Source: Azolla caroliniana
Lineage: Eukaryota > Plantae > Polypodiophyta
NCBI GenBank assembly: GCA_043228905.1
Contig: JBHGNT010000002.1
Coordinates: 8,432,001 to 8,496,000 of the forward strand
DNA length: 64,000 bases
Direction: 5' to 3'
Both the position numbers and the translations under genes were made by a program. The notes beneath the pieces were generated by a model. It was given only the letters and a program-made list of their open reading frames with translations, did not search any database and had not been told where the DNA came from. Within the stretch, counting starts at the first letter, position 1. Each line of letters opens with the position of its first letter. This document shows positions 22,481-35,189 of this stretch, piece by piece.

Positions 22481-22714
22481 CTGACCCCCCTCCCCACCCC
22501 CCACCCCCCCCCATCGTCCATGTGCAGCCGGTGCACGCTCCTTGGATATTGCCACATTTGCCCCTTTGCTTCCAATGTGTAGAGATACCTCAACACCACT
22601 TCCATGTGATATAGATATATCCAACAAAAGTAAATTCATGTGCAAAGTATGTATATTCCTTCTTAAGAAGGAGACACACATCAAATATAACTTTTGTACT
22701 TACGTTTGGACGCT

Positions 22715-22718
<4 letters not shown>

Positions 22719-22760
<42 letters not shown>
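22719..22760. repeat. (TC)n microsatellite
   Basis: About 21 TC units. Confidence 0.95.
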
Positions 22761-22764
<4 letters not shown>

Positions 22765-23852
22765 CACATATATAGTTTAGTTCACTCAGGATCTCTCATA
22801 AGTTCTATTCCTTCTATCCCACCATCCGTCACTTTTATCAAAATAATCTCGTTCGATGTATACAGGTTAAAATATGTACGGTGACCACGTGACAATATTG
22901 CACCACCATGCTCTATTCTCCAATGTTCTAGCACTTAAACCAATCAGGTTTCTCAGATTGTCGGTCGCCAAGCACAAACATTGTACGACACATACAGAGT
23001 CACGTGGTACAATGGTTTCTTAGTTCACATGGTATTAAAACCACTCTAAGCGTGTCACATTTTTTGTGTGTATTGGTGTGGCGCATATAAACTTCGAGAC
23101 CATACACATGCTATAACTTGTGCTACTATATCCACTATAATATATGTGATTTCATTCTTCAAACTAGCATCATGCTGATGTGATAGACTCCACCAAGTTA
23201 CATCATAATATGTCATATCTCTAAGGTCGCGACTAATCTCCTATTGTTGTAAGCCTTGTTTCCATCATCATCAAGATCTCAACACATATCAACATTGTTA
23301 TCTTAATTCGAAGATATACATGTTAAAAACATATATCCTTTTGGAACATTCGTACATCAAATGTTTTTGTGAGTGGCCTTATATCATGCACACAAGGCCC
23401 TATTAAAATGGTTGATAAGGCTATTGAAATAGATGAGTAATTTATTGTTAATATAGGCCTAATGTACAAGTATTAAACTAAGTTCTTGTTAAGAAGCTAG
23501 TCATGTAATATTTTTTATGCCGGTGTGAAATGAATCTATACCTCTTATTTGAAATTACACATGTCATACTTCCATAGTTCATATCATGTTTAGATGTACT
23601 ATTGCAACTAAATGAACAACTCGAACCTAGAAAGTTGGCCTGATGTTTAGGTAAGAGGTATGTGAAAATAATAGTACACCTATATTGCACTACACTTTCA
23701 TCCTATGTAAAATGTTGTGCTCCATTGAAAAGCATATATTACCATTTTTTTCCTGAGAAAAGAGGATAATTATCTTAAACATGAAGGACAACGGAAAGTT
23801 TACTAAAGGAAGAGATGTAGAAGAATGGGTGATAGGGTTTCACAACCTTACC

Positions 23853-24052
23853 ACGCTTCTCTGGTTATATGTATATTGCAATTACAACGTCGGACGATTG
23901 TTATAGTTTTAGACTTTAAACATTTATCCTCTTTGGATTGCAAATATGGTTCGTATTCCAACGCTTCTCTGGTTATATGTAAATTGCAATTACAACGTCG
24001 GACAATTGTTATAGTTTTAGACTTTAAACATTTATCCTCTTTGGATTGCAAA
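23853..24052. repeat. 108-bp tandem duplication
   Basis: acgcttctctggttatatgta...ctttggattgcaaa at 23853 and 23961, near-identical. Confidence 0.9.
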
Positions 24053-25529
24053 CTTTAAGATGACGTTGTATGCCTCTCTAAAGAGTGAGAAAATAGGAAA
24101 AATCTATTGCAAAATTTGTTTAATACCAATATCTTGGCTTAGAGGGGTTGCATCGAAAAATCCAACTAATACTATTATCTTGGTTAACGGAGTTACTATA
24201 GCTCATATTTGCTCGGAATAATAATCGAGGACAACCTAAGGAACAAGAAAAAGCAAAATGAAAGCAATAGCTATGACACACTCATGTAAATAGAAAAAAG
24301 ATGAAATTGAACGGTCCATTGGATAGGGAGAAACAAAAGGAAACCATAAACAATGTGAATAAGATGGTTAAACAAATCCACAACAAAGTAAAAAAGATAA
24401 TTATAGGATGGCAAGAGGAAGGAAAATACATAGCCTAGCTACAATTTGTTTGAGGAACAATTGCAATGCTTTCTTGAATATTACATATTGAATCCAACTA
24501 CTACACTTGTATTGAATTTCATATCCAAATCATCACGAAAACATTTGAGATTAATTGCTTGGAAGATGTGGTTCAAATAATCAATCAAAATCTTGATAAA
24601 ACAATGGGAAAATTGTGAACCTATTGCCACGAAAGGAAAAACAAGTAGTAAAGTACGAGGAATTCAATCCTAACGAATTACCAAAATCTTATTAGAAGGT
24701 TTATAAGACACACACAAAAAAACCTTGATAAAAACTATACAATGCATGGACAAACTCAAGCAAGGGTTGCCTCTCTTGTTCACGACTTGATCCACCTCTT
24801 GTTATTGAAGTAGGAAATGATTTGACGACAAAAACATATTTTTTGCGATAAATAAAAATAATATTTTCTTATTATTAATGCAATCCAATTAATAATGATG
24901 GTAATTATGATAACAAATTAAATTCCACGAAAAAATTGGAACCACGATAACATTGAGGTGATGAAAGAAGAAGTTAGACTTAGGATCATCAACATTGAGT
25001 GATGGTGATTGGTGGTGTTGTAGACAAAGAATTATGAGGGATTGCTTCATCTAGAGAAATTGGTTAAGATGAGTGTCTATGGCTATATAGTCTATTTAAT
25101 GAAATGTCGTTGAGATGTACGTATATGTGTGGCTAGTGATATAGAGGTGGGAAAAACTAGAGGAATTTGGAGTTGGAGGGGGAAGAGTAAGGGATTTCAT
25201 GTGAGTTGTGTTAGTGTTCATAATATTATTGGGGTTACTATGGTTATTTGTCTGGGAAATGGAAACAATGAGTTGTGTCCTTGACATAACTAATTAACTA
25301 CACAAAAAGCTGCATGTAATTTGCGTATTTTGGCAATTTTAGAGATTATCAAAATGTGATCTCAAATAAAGATTTCCCTCCCCATAATAAATTATATGTA
25401 TCTTTAAGATTTTCCTACTAAATATTAGCTATAAAAAAAAACTACTTAGCTGTGGTCATTTTAGCTACATGTTAGCTTTAATCATGTTTCTATTCACATG
25501 CTTTCACGTACAAGCTTATGCGAAATATG

Positions 25530-26220
25530 TATATTCCCGGAAAGATGAAGAGCGTAGTGACGATTATCGAACATGTCGCGGATGGAGCAAACAACGCTAC
25601 CAGCGCGAGAGGAGCGAACAACACAAACATCAGGTCGGCTACAGAACAACTACACAACATCTAGGACTGGCTTGTACACGCGAGCAGGGGAGTCTAGTGC
25701 ACCCCCTCAAAAGTTGCCTCATTTGAGTGATGAGACAATCGACCTTCTGTTGTTAGAGGAGGATAAATACACCGTACTAGGAGAGGTACATAGGCTGGAG
25801 ACGATCTCCTTGGTAGCGCAAGTCTAGGGTTTGTGACCAAATAGATTGGAACTCCGACATATCTTATATGACACTTTTTCGGAGGAAATGGCTAACATCC
25901 TCGACATTCAATTTATGTCTAGAGGATGTTATCATGTAGTATTTGTAGATGAGGACTTGGTTAGCAAACTATTAGCAATTAAGGAGGCGGGCGTGGAAGG
26001 TGTGGATTTCTTTTCATAAATGGTCACATAATGTTAAGGTGGATGAAATTTTGTAGGATTAGGAGTCTAGTATGATTTTTACAGCGATATTCCCTGGTTT
26101 GAGGAAAGAGTGGAGGAATGTTCTTCCTCACATTGGGGCTTTATTAGGAAAAGTCATTGCTATGCGTGATGGACAAACTTCTGGGTCAGATAGAGTGGGT
26201 GGGGTTACACCATTTCAACG
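25530..26220 (+). pseudogene. L1 LINE ORF1 (DUF4283-like) fragment
   Basis: Broken frames read LRHILYDTF..IQFMSRGCYHVVF..WISFHKW..IFPGLRKEWRNVLPHIGALLGKVI, resembling plant L1 ORF1. Confidence 0.65.
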
Positions 26221-26499
26221 AACACTTGGGCAATAGGTAATTTGAAGTGATAAAAATGCAAGACTCAAGTTCTACTCATCATTGTTGCCTTCAAAAATGT
26301 TCGTGTCACCCACAGTGCTTCAACCGCTTGGCCTGATCTGGAATGAAGCAACAACATCAACATAGGTTAGGGCAAGAAAAGGGGAAAACTCGGTCTTGAT
26401 GTGGAATCTACAATGCTACGAATACGATAGAGGACTACTTCATATCTTTTGTGGATTCAAATATTTTTGCATTACATTAGTACGTTATTGATTATACTA

Positions 26500-26690
26500 T
26501 AGCATTTGGTCCCATACTTACATTGGGACAAGTTCTATGAAGTTTGGAGAAAGACAAATGGTTGGAGGTAGTGCAAGTTAAGGTTGATGCGCTCTACAAG
26601 AATCACACTTGGAGAGTCGTCCAAAATACACCTAACTCAAATGTGGTGAGTTGTAAGGGGTTGTTTTACTAAGAAATATGGGAGCTTAGT
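26500..26690 (+). pseudogene. Copia RT N-terminal fragment
   Basis: KWLEVVQVKVDALYKNHTWRVV...VVSCKG. Confidence 0.65.
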
Positions 26691-27788
26691 TGCTCCTATC
26701 GAGTTTTTCTTTTGGAAGGGAGCTGCCCATTCCTTTGTCCATGTTCTTGTCTGGTCTTGTTCGGAAGACGAAGGCTTGTCTCTATGTTGGTTCGCTTTGT
26801 CAGTTGCAGAGGATCTTCAACCCTCACACTCTGATACCATGCAAAAGATTAGCGTACGTGGAAGTTCGTGCACAAAAAACACATCCAGCTAAGTCGGACA
26901 TTTGTAGATAGTTAGGTATTCGCAGAGAGGGAGAGAGACACAGAGAGACTAAGCAGAGCAGACAACAATAAACCTTCAATTACAAAAAATGACTCAATCC
27001 ACACAAATGTGCTCATAGAGCACTTTATATACAAGCTCATGACAGGAGCTGCACGCTCCCTATACGCAACGCTTGGCCACAACCGAGCTTAGAATCATAC
27101 ACAGAAAACGGGAAATAGCTGTTCGACACAGAAAGAGAAGAGTACACAAGTTGTTTATGTGGAAAACCCAAACTAGGGAAAAAACCACGGCAGCCCACAG
27201 GCTGCAAACTATCACTATGTTAGAATGTACAACAGTGAGTTCACGGAGGCAACGACCTCGTGCTCACGATCTTCGCCACAGGCGGCGGTTACAATCAGAG
27301 GCAACAACCTCTTCCTCTCTCTCTCACACTCTGTACACTGTTACGCACACTCTCTTCTTACACCAACAAGAAAATGACAACAACAGTTAAAAGTTTGCCC
27401 TAAGTCATATTTATACTAATATGACTTTTCAGCTATTTACAAATATAGCCATGATGTACTCTCAGAAACATATTTACGAATATGTCTCTTCATCCGGTGA
27501 ACACTCCTCACCGGGTCTGCACCATCCGGCTCTCCGTAGCCGGGTACTCCTCATCCGGTTCTCACCGGGTTTGCAACATCCGGCTCTCCGTAGCCGGGTG
27601 CTCCTCATCCGGTTCTCACCGGGTCTGCAACATCCGGCTCTCCGTAGCCGGGTACTCCTCATCCGGTTTGTTCATCAGCACTGTTCTTCTCCCTTCCCAT
27701 CCGGAGGGACCTGTCTTCCAACAGCTTAGACAATGGGCTGACACAAGTATTGGCAAGTACTTTAATGCTCATAAATGAGCATCTAACA
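26690..27788 (-). mobile_element. Truncated LTR element 5' end (LTR 26840-27788 interrupted by a solo LTR; PBS)
   Basis: tggtatcagag PBS at 26829-26839 abuts a TG..CA segment ending at 27788. Confidence 0.7.
27040..27723 (-). mobile_element. Solo LTR of the CCGG-rich Copia group
   Basis: Homologous to LTR 29342-30219; ~3 copies of a 54-bp repeat; TSD GCTCA/GCTTA with one mismatch. Confidence 0.88.
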
Positions 27789-27989
27789 CTAACTGCCTAT
27801 AATATTCCTATTACTATGAATCAAAATATAGGCCCTAATGGTTTGTCGGCTTCGAGCCAATCTGGCTTCCGACTTCTTTGGCTGACTCTTCCTAGTCGAT
27901 CTAACTATCGGCTTCTTTAGCCGACTCAGTCTTTCGGTTTTTAGCCGGTTCGGCTCATGTTGAGTTTGTCACTCAATAGGAGTTGGTTA

Positions 27990-28630
27990 AGATACCAATT
28001 GGAAGGAAGCCACTGTCCTACAAAATGGATCTATAGATAAAAATACATATTTGGTTCAGAAAAGCCCAAGTACAAAGCCCCGCTCATCGCGAATGGATTC
28101 AAACAAGAACACGATGTAGATTATGATGAGATCTTCTCTCCGGTAGTCAAGATGATGACCCTCCAGATCCTCCTCAGAGTTATAACGATAGAAGACCTAG
28201 AGCTTGAACAATTGGATGTAAAGACGACATTCCTCCATGGAGATCGGGAAGAAAACATTTACATGTCCCACCCGAAAGGCTTTATGGCAATGGAATAGGA
28301 AGGTCACCTCATGTACCGGCTAAAGAAAAGCCTTTACGGCTTAAGACAAGTGCTAATGATGTGGTATCAGAAATTTGATTCCTACATTCGACACCTTGGG
28401 TATTGCCGATCAGACTCCGACCCATGTATGTATGTATTTCCGACAACTAGCTGACGAGTCCTGGATCTACCTAATGCTTTACATTGACAACATGCTCATT
28501 GCCGACAGTGATAGGGCGGAAATCTGGAAGTTGAAGCGGAGCCTTCATGAGAAATTTTCAATGAAGGAACTCGGAGAATCCTAACACATGTTGTGCATGT
28601 GGATAGAACAAAATCAGACAAATAAAAGTA
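27990..28630 (+). pseudogene. Decayed Copia RT; probably continues as the RNase H fragment at 37650-37845
   Basis: DYDEIFSPVVKM, QLDVKTTFLHG, LYIDNMLI; later SKLQECTTLPTTKAE..AAKEAIWL. Confidence 0.75.
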
Positions 28631-29341
28631 GATTATCGGTGGATAGAGGTAAGAGAAACGGGTTTACGATTAAGAGCAAGGGGGAATGATGTGAAAAGTG
28701 TTACGAAGGCGCTTCGGCTCTTCTTAATGCACAACGGATCGTGATGTGTTGGATCGTTTAGTGTGCTCAAGACAGAAAAGGAAGGGGGAAAGAGACTTAC
28801 CTCTGTAGCAACCCAAAAGCTTCTATTTCATTACACGTAGAGAAAACCTCTCTCATCTGTTATCTGTTTTTCTACTTCTCCCTCTCTCTCTCTCTCTTAC
28901 TTTTTTACCTAAGTTATAAGTGACTTACGTATATAGCTAATTAGCTGTGACTAGCTAAATAGCTGTGAATACTTATATGTCCACTAGTAGCTAATTTCCT
29001 AATAGCTACTTTAGAAGATCTTATTTCCCAATGAGCATCACATTCTTTTGTTGAGCTTGTTTCTTAACACTCCCCCTCAAGCTCAACTTATCCTTTCTTG
29101 AGGTCATCTTCAATCTTCTTTTCTTCATGCTTTTCAACTATCATAACAATGCTTATAATTCCCATCATGTCTTGAAACTGTGTATGTTTTTCTATGCTCA
29201 GTCCCTTCGTAAGAATATCAGCCACTTGCTGATTTGTGCTTACATATAGCAGATCCACTTCTCCATCAATCACTTTTTCTCTAACAAAGTGATAAGGCAC
29301 TTCAATGTGCTTTGTTCTTGCATGGAACACTAGGTTTTTTG

Positions 29342-32300
29342 TGTTGGGAGACAGGTCCCTCCGGATGGGAAGGGAGAAGAACAGTGCCGACGAACAATCT
29401 CGTCCGAGGCCGATAGGCCGTGGCCGAAATCGGAAGAGGAGTACCCGGCTACGGAGAGCTGGATGATACAGACCCGGTATGAACCGGATGAGGAGTACCT
29501 GGCTACGGAGAGCCGGATGATACAGACCCGGTATGAACCGGATGAGGAGTACCTGGCTACGGACAGCCGGATGGTGCAGACCCGGTATGAACCGGATGAG
29601 GAGTACCCGGCTACGGAGAGTCGGATGATACAGACCCGGTATGAACCGGATGAGGAGTACCCGGCTACGGAGAGCTGGATGGTGCAGACCCGGTATGAAC
29701 CGGATGAGGAGTACCCGGCTACGGAGAGCCGGATGGTGCAGACCCGGTATGAACCGGATGAAGAGACATATTCGTAAATATGTTTCTGAGAGTCCATCGA
29801 GGCTATATTTGTAAATAGCCGAAAAGTCATATTAGTATAAATATGACTTAGGGCAAACTTTTAGTATAGTTGTAGTTGTTATTATTCTTGTTGGTGCAAG
29901 AAGAAGAAGTGTGAGCACGTAACAATGTACAGAGAGAGAGAGAGAGAGGTCGCTGGCTCTATTGTAACCGCCGCCTGTGGCGAAGATCTGTGAGCACGAG
30001 GTCGTTGCCTCAGTGAACTCACTGTTGTACATTCTTACATAGTGACAGTTTGCAGCCTGTGGGCTGCCGTGGTTTTTTCCCCTAGTTTGGGGTTTTCCAC
30101 GTAAACCTCCTGTGTATTCTCTTCTTCTTTGTGTCGCGTTTTATTTCCCGTTTTCTGTGTATGAAAAGAAGCTCGGTTGTGGTCTAGCGTTGTGCATAAG
30201 GAGCGTTGAGTTCCCGTCAAGTGGTATCAGAGCAAAACAACACAAAAATATGGACGAATCGTTTGGCGGCATGTTCAAGCTCACCGGCTCCAGCTATTCG
30301 GTATGGAAGTCGAAGATGAGGGACATGCTCGTAGTTAAAGACCTCTGGCTGCCGGTTTAGTTCGGGGACAAGAGACCGGACAAAATCGACGCCGCGATAT
30401 GGGAGGTGATGCACATGAAGACAGTGGCGTACATACGGTGCTTTATCGACATGAGCGTGTACAACAACTTCAATGAAGAGAGCAAGGCTCATGAGCTCTG
30501 GGAGAAGATCGACATAATGTTTTAGAACAAAAATGCTGTTAATCAGGTGTCGGTATTCTGGAAACTAGTAAGACTCCGGTACCAAGATGGCTCCAGCATG
30601 GCAGAGCACATGAATGCCTTCCAGGGGCTGATCCACCAGGCAACTTCATTGGAAGTACCTCTCGCCGATGAGGTACTTGCGTTACTCCTGCTCGGCTCCC
30701 TCCCGGACAGCTGGGAGACGTTGGTTGTCACTTTGGGCAACGCCGGGCTTGAAGGAAAACGGTTATCCCTAGCAAGAGTAAAGTCGAGCTTGCTAGATGA
30801 GGAGGCGCGTCGGAAAGATAAAGATACGAGCTCCGACTCCAAAGCGCTCTTTACCGAATCGGAACGCGGAAGACATAGAAACCGTAGTCCCCAGAACCGG
30901 GAGAAGTCGGGGACACGGTCAAAGTCAAGGGGGAGGCCTACTTGCTTCTATTGCGGCAAGCCGGGACACTTCCAAAAGAACTGTCGGCATTTCCGAAAAG
31001 ATAAGGAGACCGACGGTACCGATTCGAAGCAGACCCCGGACCAGAATGGCAAAGACCGGAGGGGGCCGGACCGGAAGGGAACGACGGCAATCGCAGCAAG
31101 TGAAGAAGAGTTGATGCTCATCACCGAGGAGAGTGAGATAAACCTTGCCGGCGACGAGATGACTTGGGTGGTAGACTCCGGAGCGTCGTTCCACCTTACC
31201 CCGGACCGGAAATGCTTCTCATCCTACTCAGCCGGTGATCACGGCTGTGTCCGGATGGGGAATGAAGGTACATGCCGAATTGTCGGCATAGGAGACGTGT
31301 GGCTGTGAACACCAACCGGATGCAAGTTGTTGCTGAAGGATGTTAGACACGTTCTGGAGGTTCGACTGAACCTGATATCAGCCGGTCGGCTAGATGATGA
31401 AGGCTACACGGGTAGCATCCGGAACGGTGTCATGAAGTTCAGCAAAGGGAGCCTGATTGTGGCTTGGGCCCGGAAGGTCAACACCCTATACCTGATGAAT
31501 GCCCGGTTATGGCCGGAAGAAGTGAACGTGGTATCCGACACTGCCGGTGAGCTGTGGCACAAGAGGTTGTGTCATATGAGCGAGAAGGGGATGAAGAGGC
31601 TTGCAGACGACAACCTCATTCCAGTGAAGAATGTGCACTTAGAGAAGTGCACTGATTGTTTGGCCGGTAAGCAGAACCGGACCTCCTTCCGACCAAGGCC
31701 ACCGATGAGACGTAATGCACCACTGGAGTTGGTGCATACGGATGTGTGTCAAGTAGACACAAAGTCACATGCCGGAGCGTAGTACTTCGTGATGTTCATA
31801 GATGACCACAACCGGAAGCTGTGGGCCACACCGTTGAAGACGAAGGATCAGGTGTTATCCGTCTTCAAAGAGCTCCACGCGAGAGTGGAAAGAGAAACCG
31901 GCCGGAAGCTCAAGGCGGTTCGAGCAGATAATGGAGGAGAATACCGGGGGCAATTTGAGGAGTATTGCCGCTCGAAGGGAATCCGGCTCGAATTTACCGT
32001 GCCGAAGACGCCGGAACTAAACGGACTGGCCGAGAGGATGAACCGGACCATAATGGAGAGGGACCGGAGTATGCTAGCGCATGCAAAACTACCAAAGAAG
32101 TTTTGGGCTGCGGCATTGTCGACGGCGACATACGTGATAAACAGATCACCCTCAGTACCCTTGGACGGAGACACGCCACAGAGAGTATGGACCGGTAAGG
32201 AAGTGTCCTACCGGCATCTGAAGGTGTTCAGATGTCTCGCGTATGTGCATGTAGCTAAGGACCGGAGAGGATAGTTAGATCCAAAGACCCGGCCATGCAT

Positions 32301-35189
32301 ATTCCTCGGTTACGGTGACGATGAGTTCGACTACCGAGTGTGGGACCTGGTCGACAAGAAGGTATTCCGGAGTCGAGATATTATCTTCATGGAGAACAAG
32401 ACGCTCGTCGACTGGGAGTCGGAGAAGAAGATAATGAACTCCGAGTCGACCGGTAAGGATCGACTCTACGATGAGCAGACCCAACCGGCAAGAGACCGGT
32501 TAGCACTCGAAGAACCAGCCGGTTACGGTGAGGATACCGAACAGGCTGAAGAAGAAGTAGAGGAATCTGAAACCGGAACCGGCCAAGACCCCGAATCGGA
32601 TTCGGATGAAGAGCAGATGGATGAGCCGGTCACCGAAGCCTAGAGATGGAGATATCCTCTCAGAGAGAGAAGGCCCCCCCGGAGATTTCTGAATGTAGAG
32701 CATGTTCTGCTGACCGATGAGGGGGAGCCGGAAAGCTTCGAAGAAGCGAAGGAAGACACCCATAGCCGAAAATGGTTAAGTGCCATGCAGGATGAGATGG
32801 ATTCCCTGCATGAGAACCATACGTACGAATTGGTGGAGTTGCCGAAAGGAAAGCGGGCACTCCGAAACAAGTGGGTGTACAAGTTGAAACCGGGAGATGC
32901 CGGCAACCCCCCGAGATACAAAGCCAGGATCGTGGTGAAGGGGTTCCAGCAAAAGAAGGGTGTGGACTTCGACGAGATATTTGCCCCGGTAGTAAAGATG
33001 ACCTCCATCCGGATGGTGCTGAGTATAGCGGGAAGCATGGACCTCGAGCTAGAGCAGCTAGACGTGAAGACGACATTCCTTCATAGGTGACCTCGAAGAG
33101 GAGATCTACATGCAGCAACCGGAAGGATTTGTGGAGAAAGGGAAGGAGCACCTGGTTTGCCGGTTGAAGAAGAGCCTCTACGGGTTGAAGCAGGCCCCCC
33201 GACAATGGTACCGGAAGTTCGACTCCTTCATGACCAATCAAGGGTACCACAAGACGCAGGCCGATCACTGCGTGTTTGTGAAGAAGTTCGAAGGAGGCGA
33301 CTTCCTGATACTCCTTCTGTACGTGGATGACATGTTGATCGTCGGACGTGACCAAGTCAAAATACGGATGCTGAAGAAGGATCTCAACCGGACCTTCTCA
33401 ATGAAAGACTTGGGTCCGGCAAGACAGATGCTGGGGATGCACATCATTCGGGACCGGTCAGCGAAGCAATTATGGCTGTCACAGGAGAAGTACGTGACAA
33501 AGGTACTTCATCGGTTCAACATGTCAGAGGCGAAACCGGTCGGATCGACACTTTCGGCAAACTGCAGGCTATTCGGTAAGCAAAGCCCGAAGACGAAAGC
33601 AGAGAAGGCGGATATGATGAAGGTTCCATATGCCTCTGCCGTCGGGAGCTTGATGTACGCAATGGTGTGTACCCGACCGGATATAGGATACGCAGTCGGA
33701 GCAGTGAGCCGGTTCATGAGCAATCCCGGCAAGGAGCACTGGATCGCGGTCAAATGGATACTCCGGTATTTGAAGGGCACTTCAAATATGTGTCTCTGAT
33801 TCGGCTCCGGAAAACCTCAACTGGACGGTTTCACCGATTCGGACATGTCGGCTGATGTGGATACCAGCCGGTCTACATCCGAGTATGTAATGACATATGC
33901 AGGGGGAGCTGTTTCGTGGCAGTCGAGGCTGCAGAAGACGGTTGCATTGTCAACCATGGAGGCGGAGTACATGGCCGCTGTGGAAGCCGGCAAGGAAATA
34001 TTATGGATGAAGGACTTCATCGGAGAGCTCGGTATTCGGCAAGAGGAATATCGACTCTATTGCGACAGTCAAAGTGCCATCCACCTTGCTAAGAATGCAA
34101 CCTACCATTCCCGGACGAAGCACATCCAGCGGAGGTATCACTAGATCCGGGAAAGAGTAGATGACCAGGAGTTCGCACTTACGAAGATCCACATGGCCGA
34201 GAACGGGTCAGATATGCTGACCAAAGTGCTAACACCCGACAAGCTGGACGCATGGTGGAAGAGGATTGGACTGGTAAGACATCCCATGCCGGAGTGAAGG
34301 GGGAGTTTGTTGGGAGACAGGTCCCTCCGGATGGGAAGGGAGAAGAACAGTGCCGACGAACAATCTCGTCCGAGGCCGATAGGCCATGGCCGAAATCGGA
34401 AGAGGAGTACCCGGCTACGGAGAGCCGGATGATACAGACCCGGTATGAACCGGATGAGGAGTACCTGGCTACGGAGAGCCGGATGATACAGACTCGGTAT
34501 GAACCGGATGAGGAGTACCTGGCTACGGAGAACCGGATGATACAGACCCGGTATGAACCGGATGAGGAGTACCTGGCTACGGACAGCCGGATGGTGCAGA
34601 CCCGGTATGAACCGGATGAGGAGTACCCGGCTACGGAGAGCCGGATGATACAGACCCGGTATGAACCGGATGAGGAGTACCCGACTACGGAGAGCCGGAT
34701 GGTGCAGACCCGGTATGAACTGGATGAAGAGACATATTCGTAAATATGTTTCTGAGAGTCCATCGAGGCTATATTTGTAAATAGCCGAAAAGTCATATTA
34801 GTATAAATATGACTTAGGGCAAACTTTTAGTATAGTTGTAGTTGTTATTATTCTTGTTGGTGCAAGAAGAAGAAGTGTGAGCACGTAACAGTGTACAGAG
34901 AGAGAGAGAGAGAAAGAGGTCGCTGCCTTTGTTGTAACCGCCGCCTGTGGCGAAGATCTGTGAGCATGAGGTCGTTGCCTCAGTGAACTCACTGTTGTAC
35001 ATTCTTACATAGTGACAGTTTGCAGCCTGTGGGCTGCCGTGGTTTTTTCCCCTAGTTTGGGGTTTTCCACGTAAACCTCCTGTGTATTCTCTTCTTCTTT
35101 GTGTCGCGTTTTATTTCCCGTTTTCTGTGTATGAAAAGAAGCTTGGTTGTGGCCGAGCGTTGTGCATAAGGAGCGTTGAGTTCCCGTCA
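29342..35189 (+). mobile_element. Full-length CCGG-rich Copia, pseudogenised
   Basis: LTRs 29342-30219 and 34308-35189, each with six 54-bp repeats; TSD TTTTG; PBS tggtatcagagc from 30222; PPT before 34308; gag-pol 30249-34297 with ~8 stops and a frameshift near 33090. Confidence 0.96.
29436..29762 (+). repeat. 54-bp tandem repeat x6 in U3 (second copy ~34402-34728)
   Basis: Unit gaggagtacccggctacggagagccggatgatacagacccggtatgaaccggat. Confidence 0.95.

Noticed and set aside
24150-25000. Possible decayed coding or TE sequence
   Set aside because: A-rich with coding-like texture, but I could not recognise any motif.
29436-29762. CRISPR-like array or repeat-protein ORFs (EEYPATESRMIQTRYEPD)
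   Set aside because: Head-to-tail repeats without unique spacers, inside LTRs of a eukaryotic element; the ORFs arise from a 54-bp stop-poor unit.
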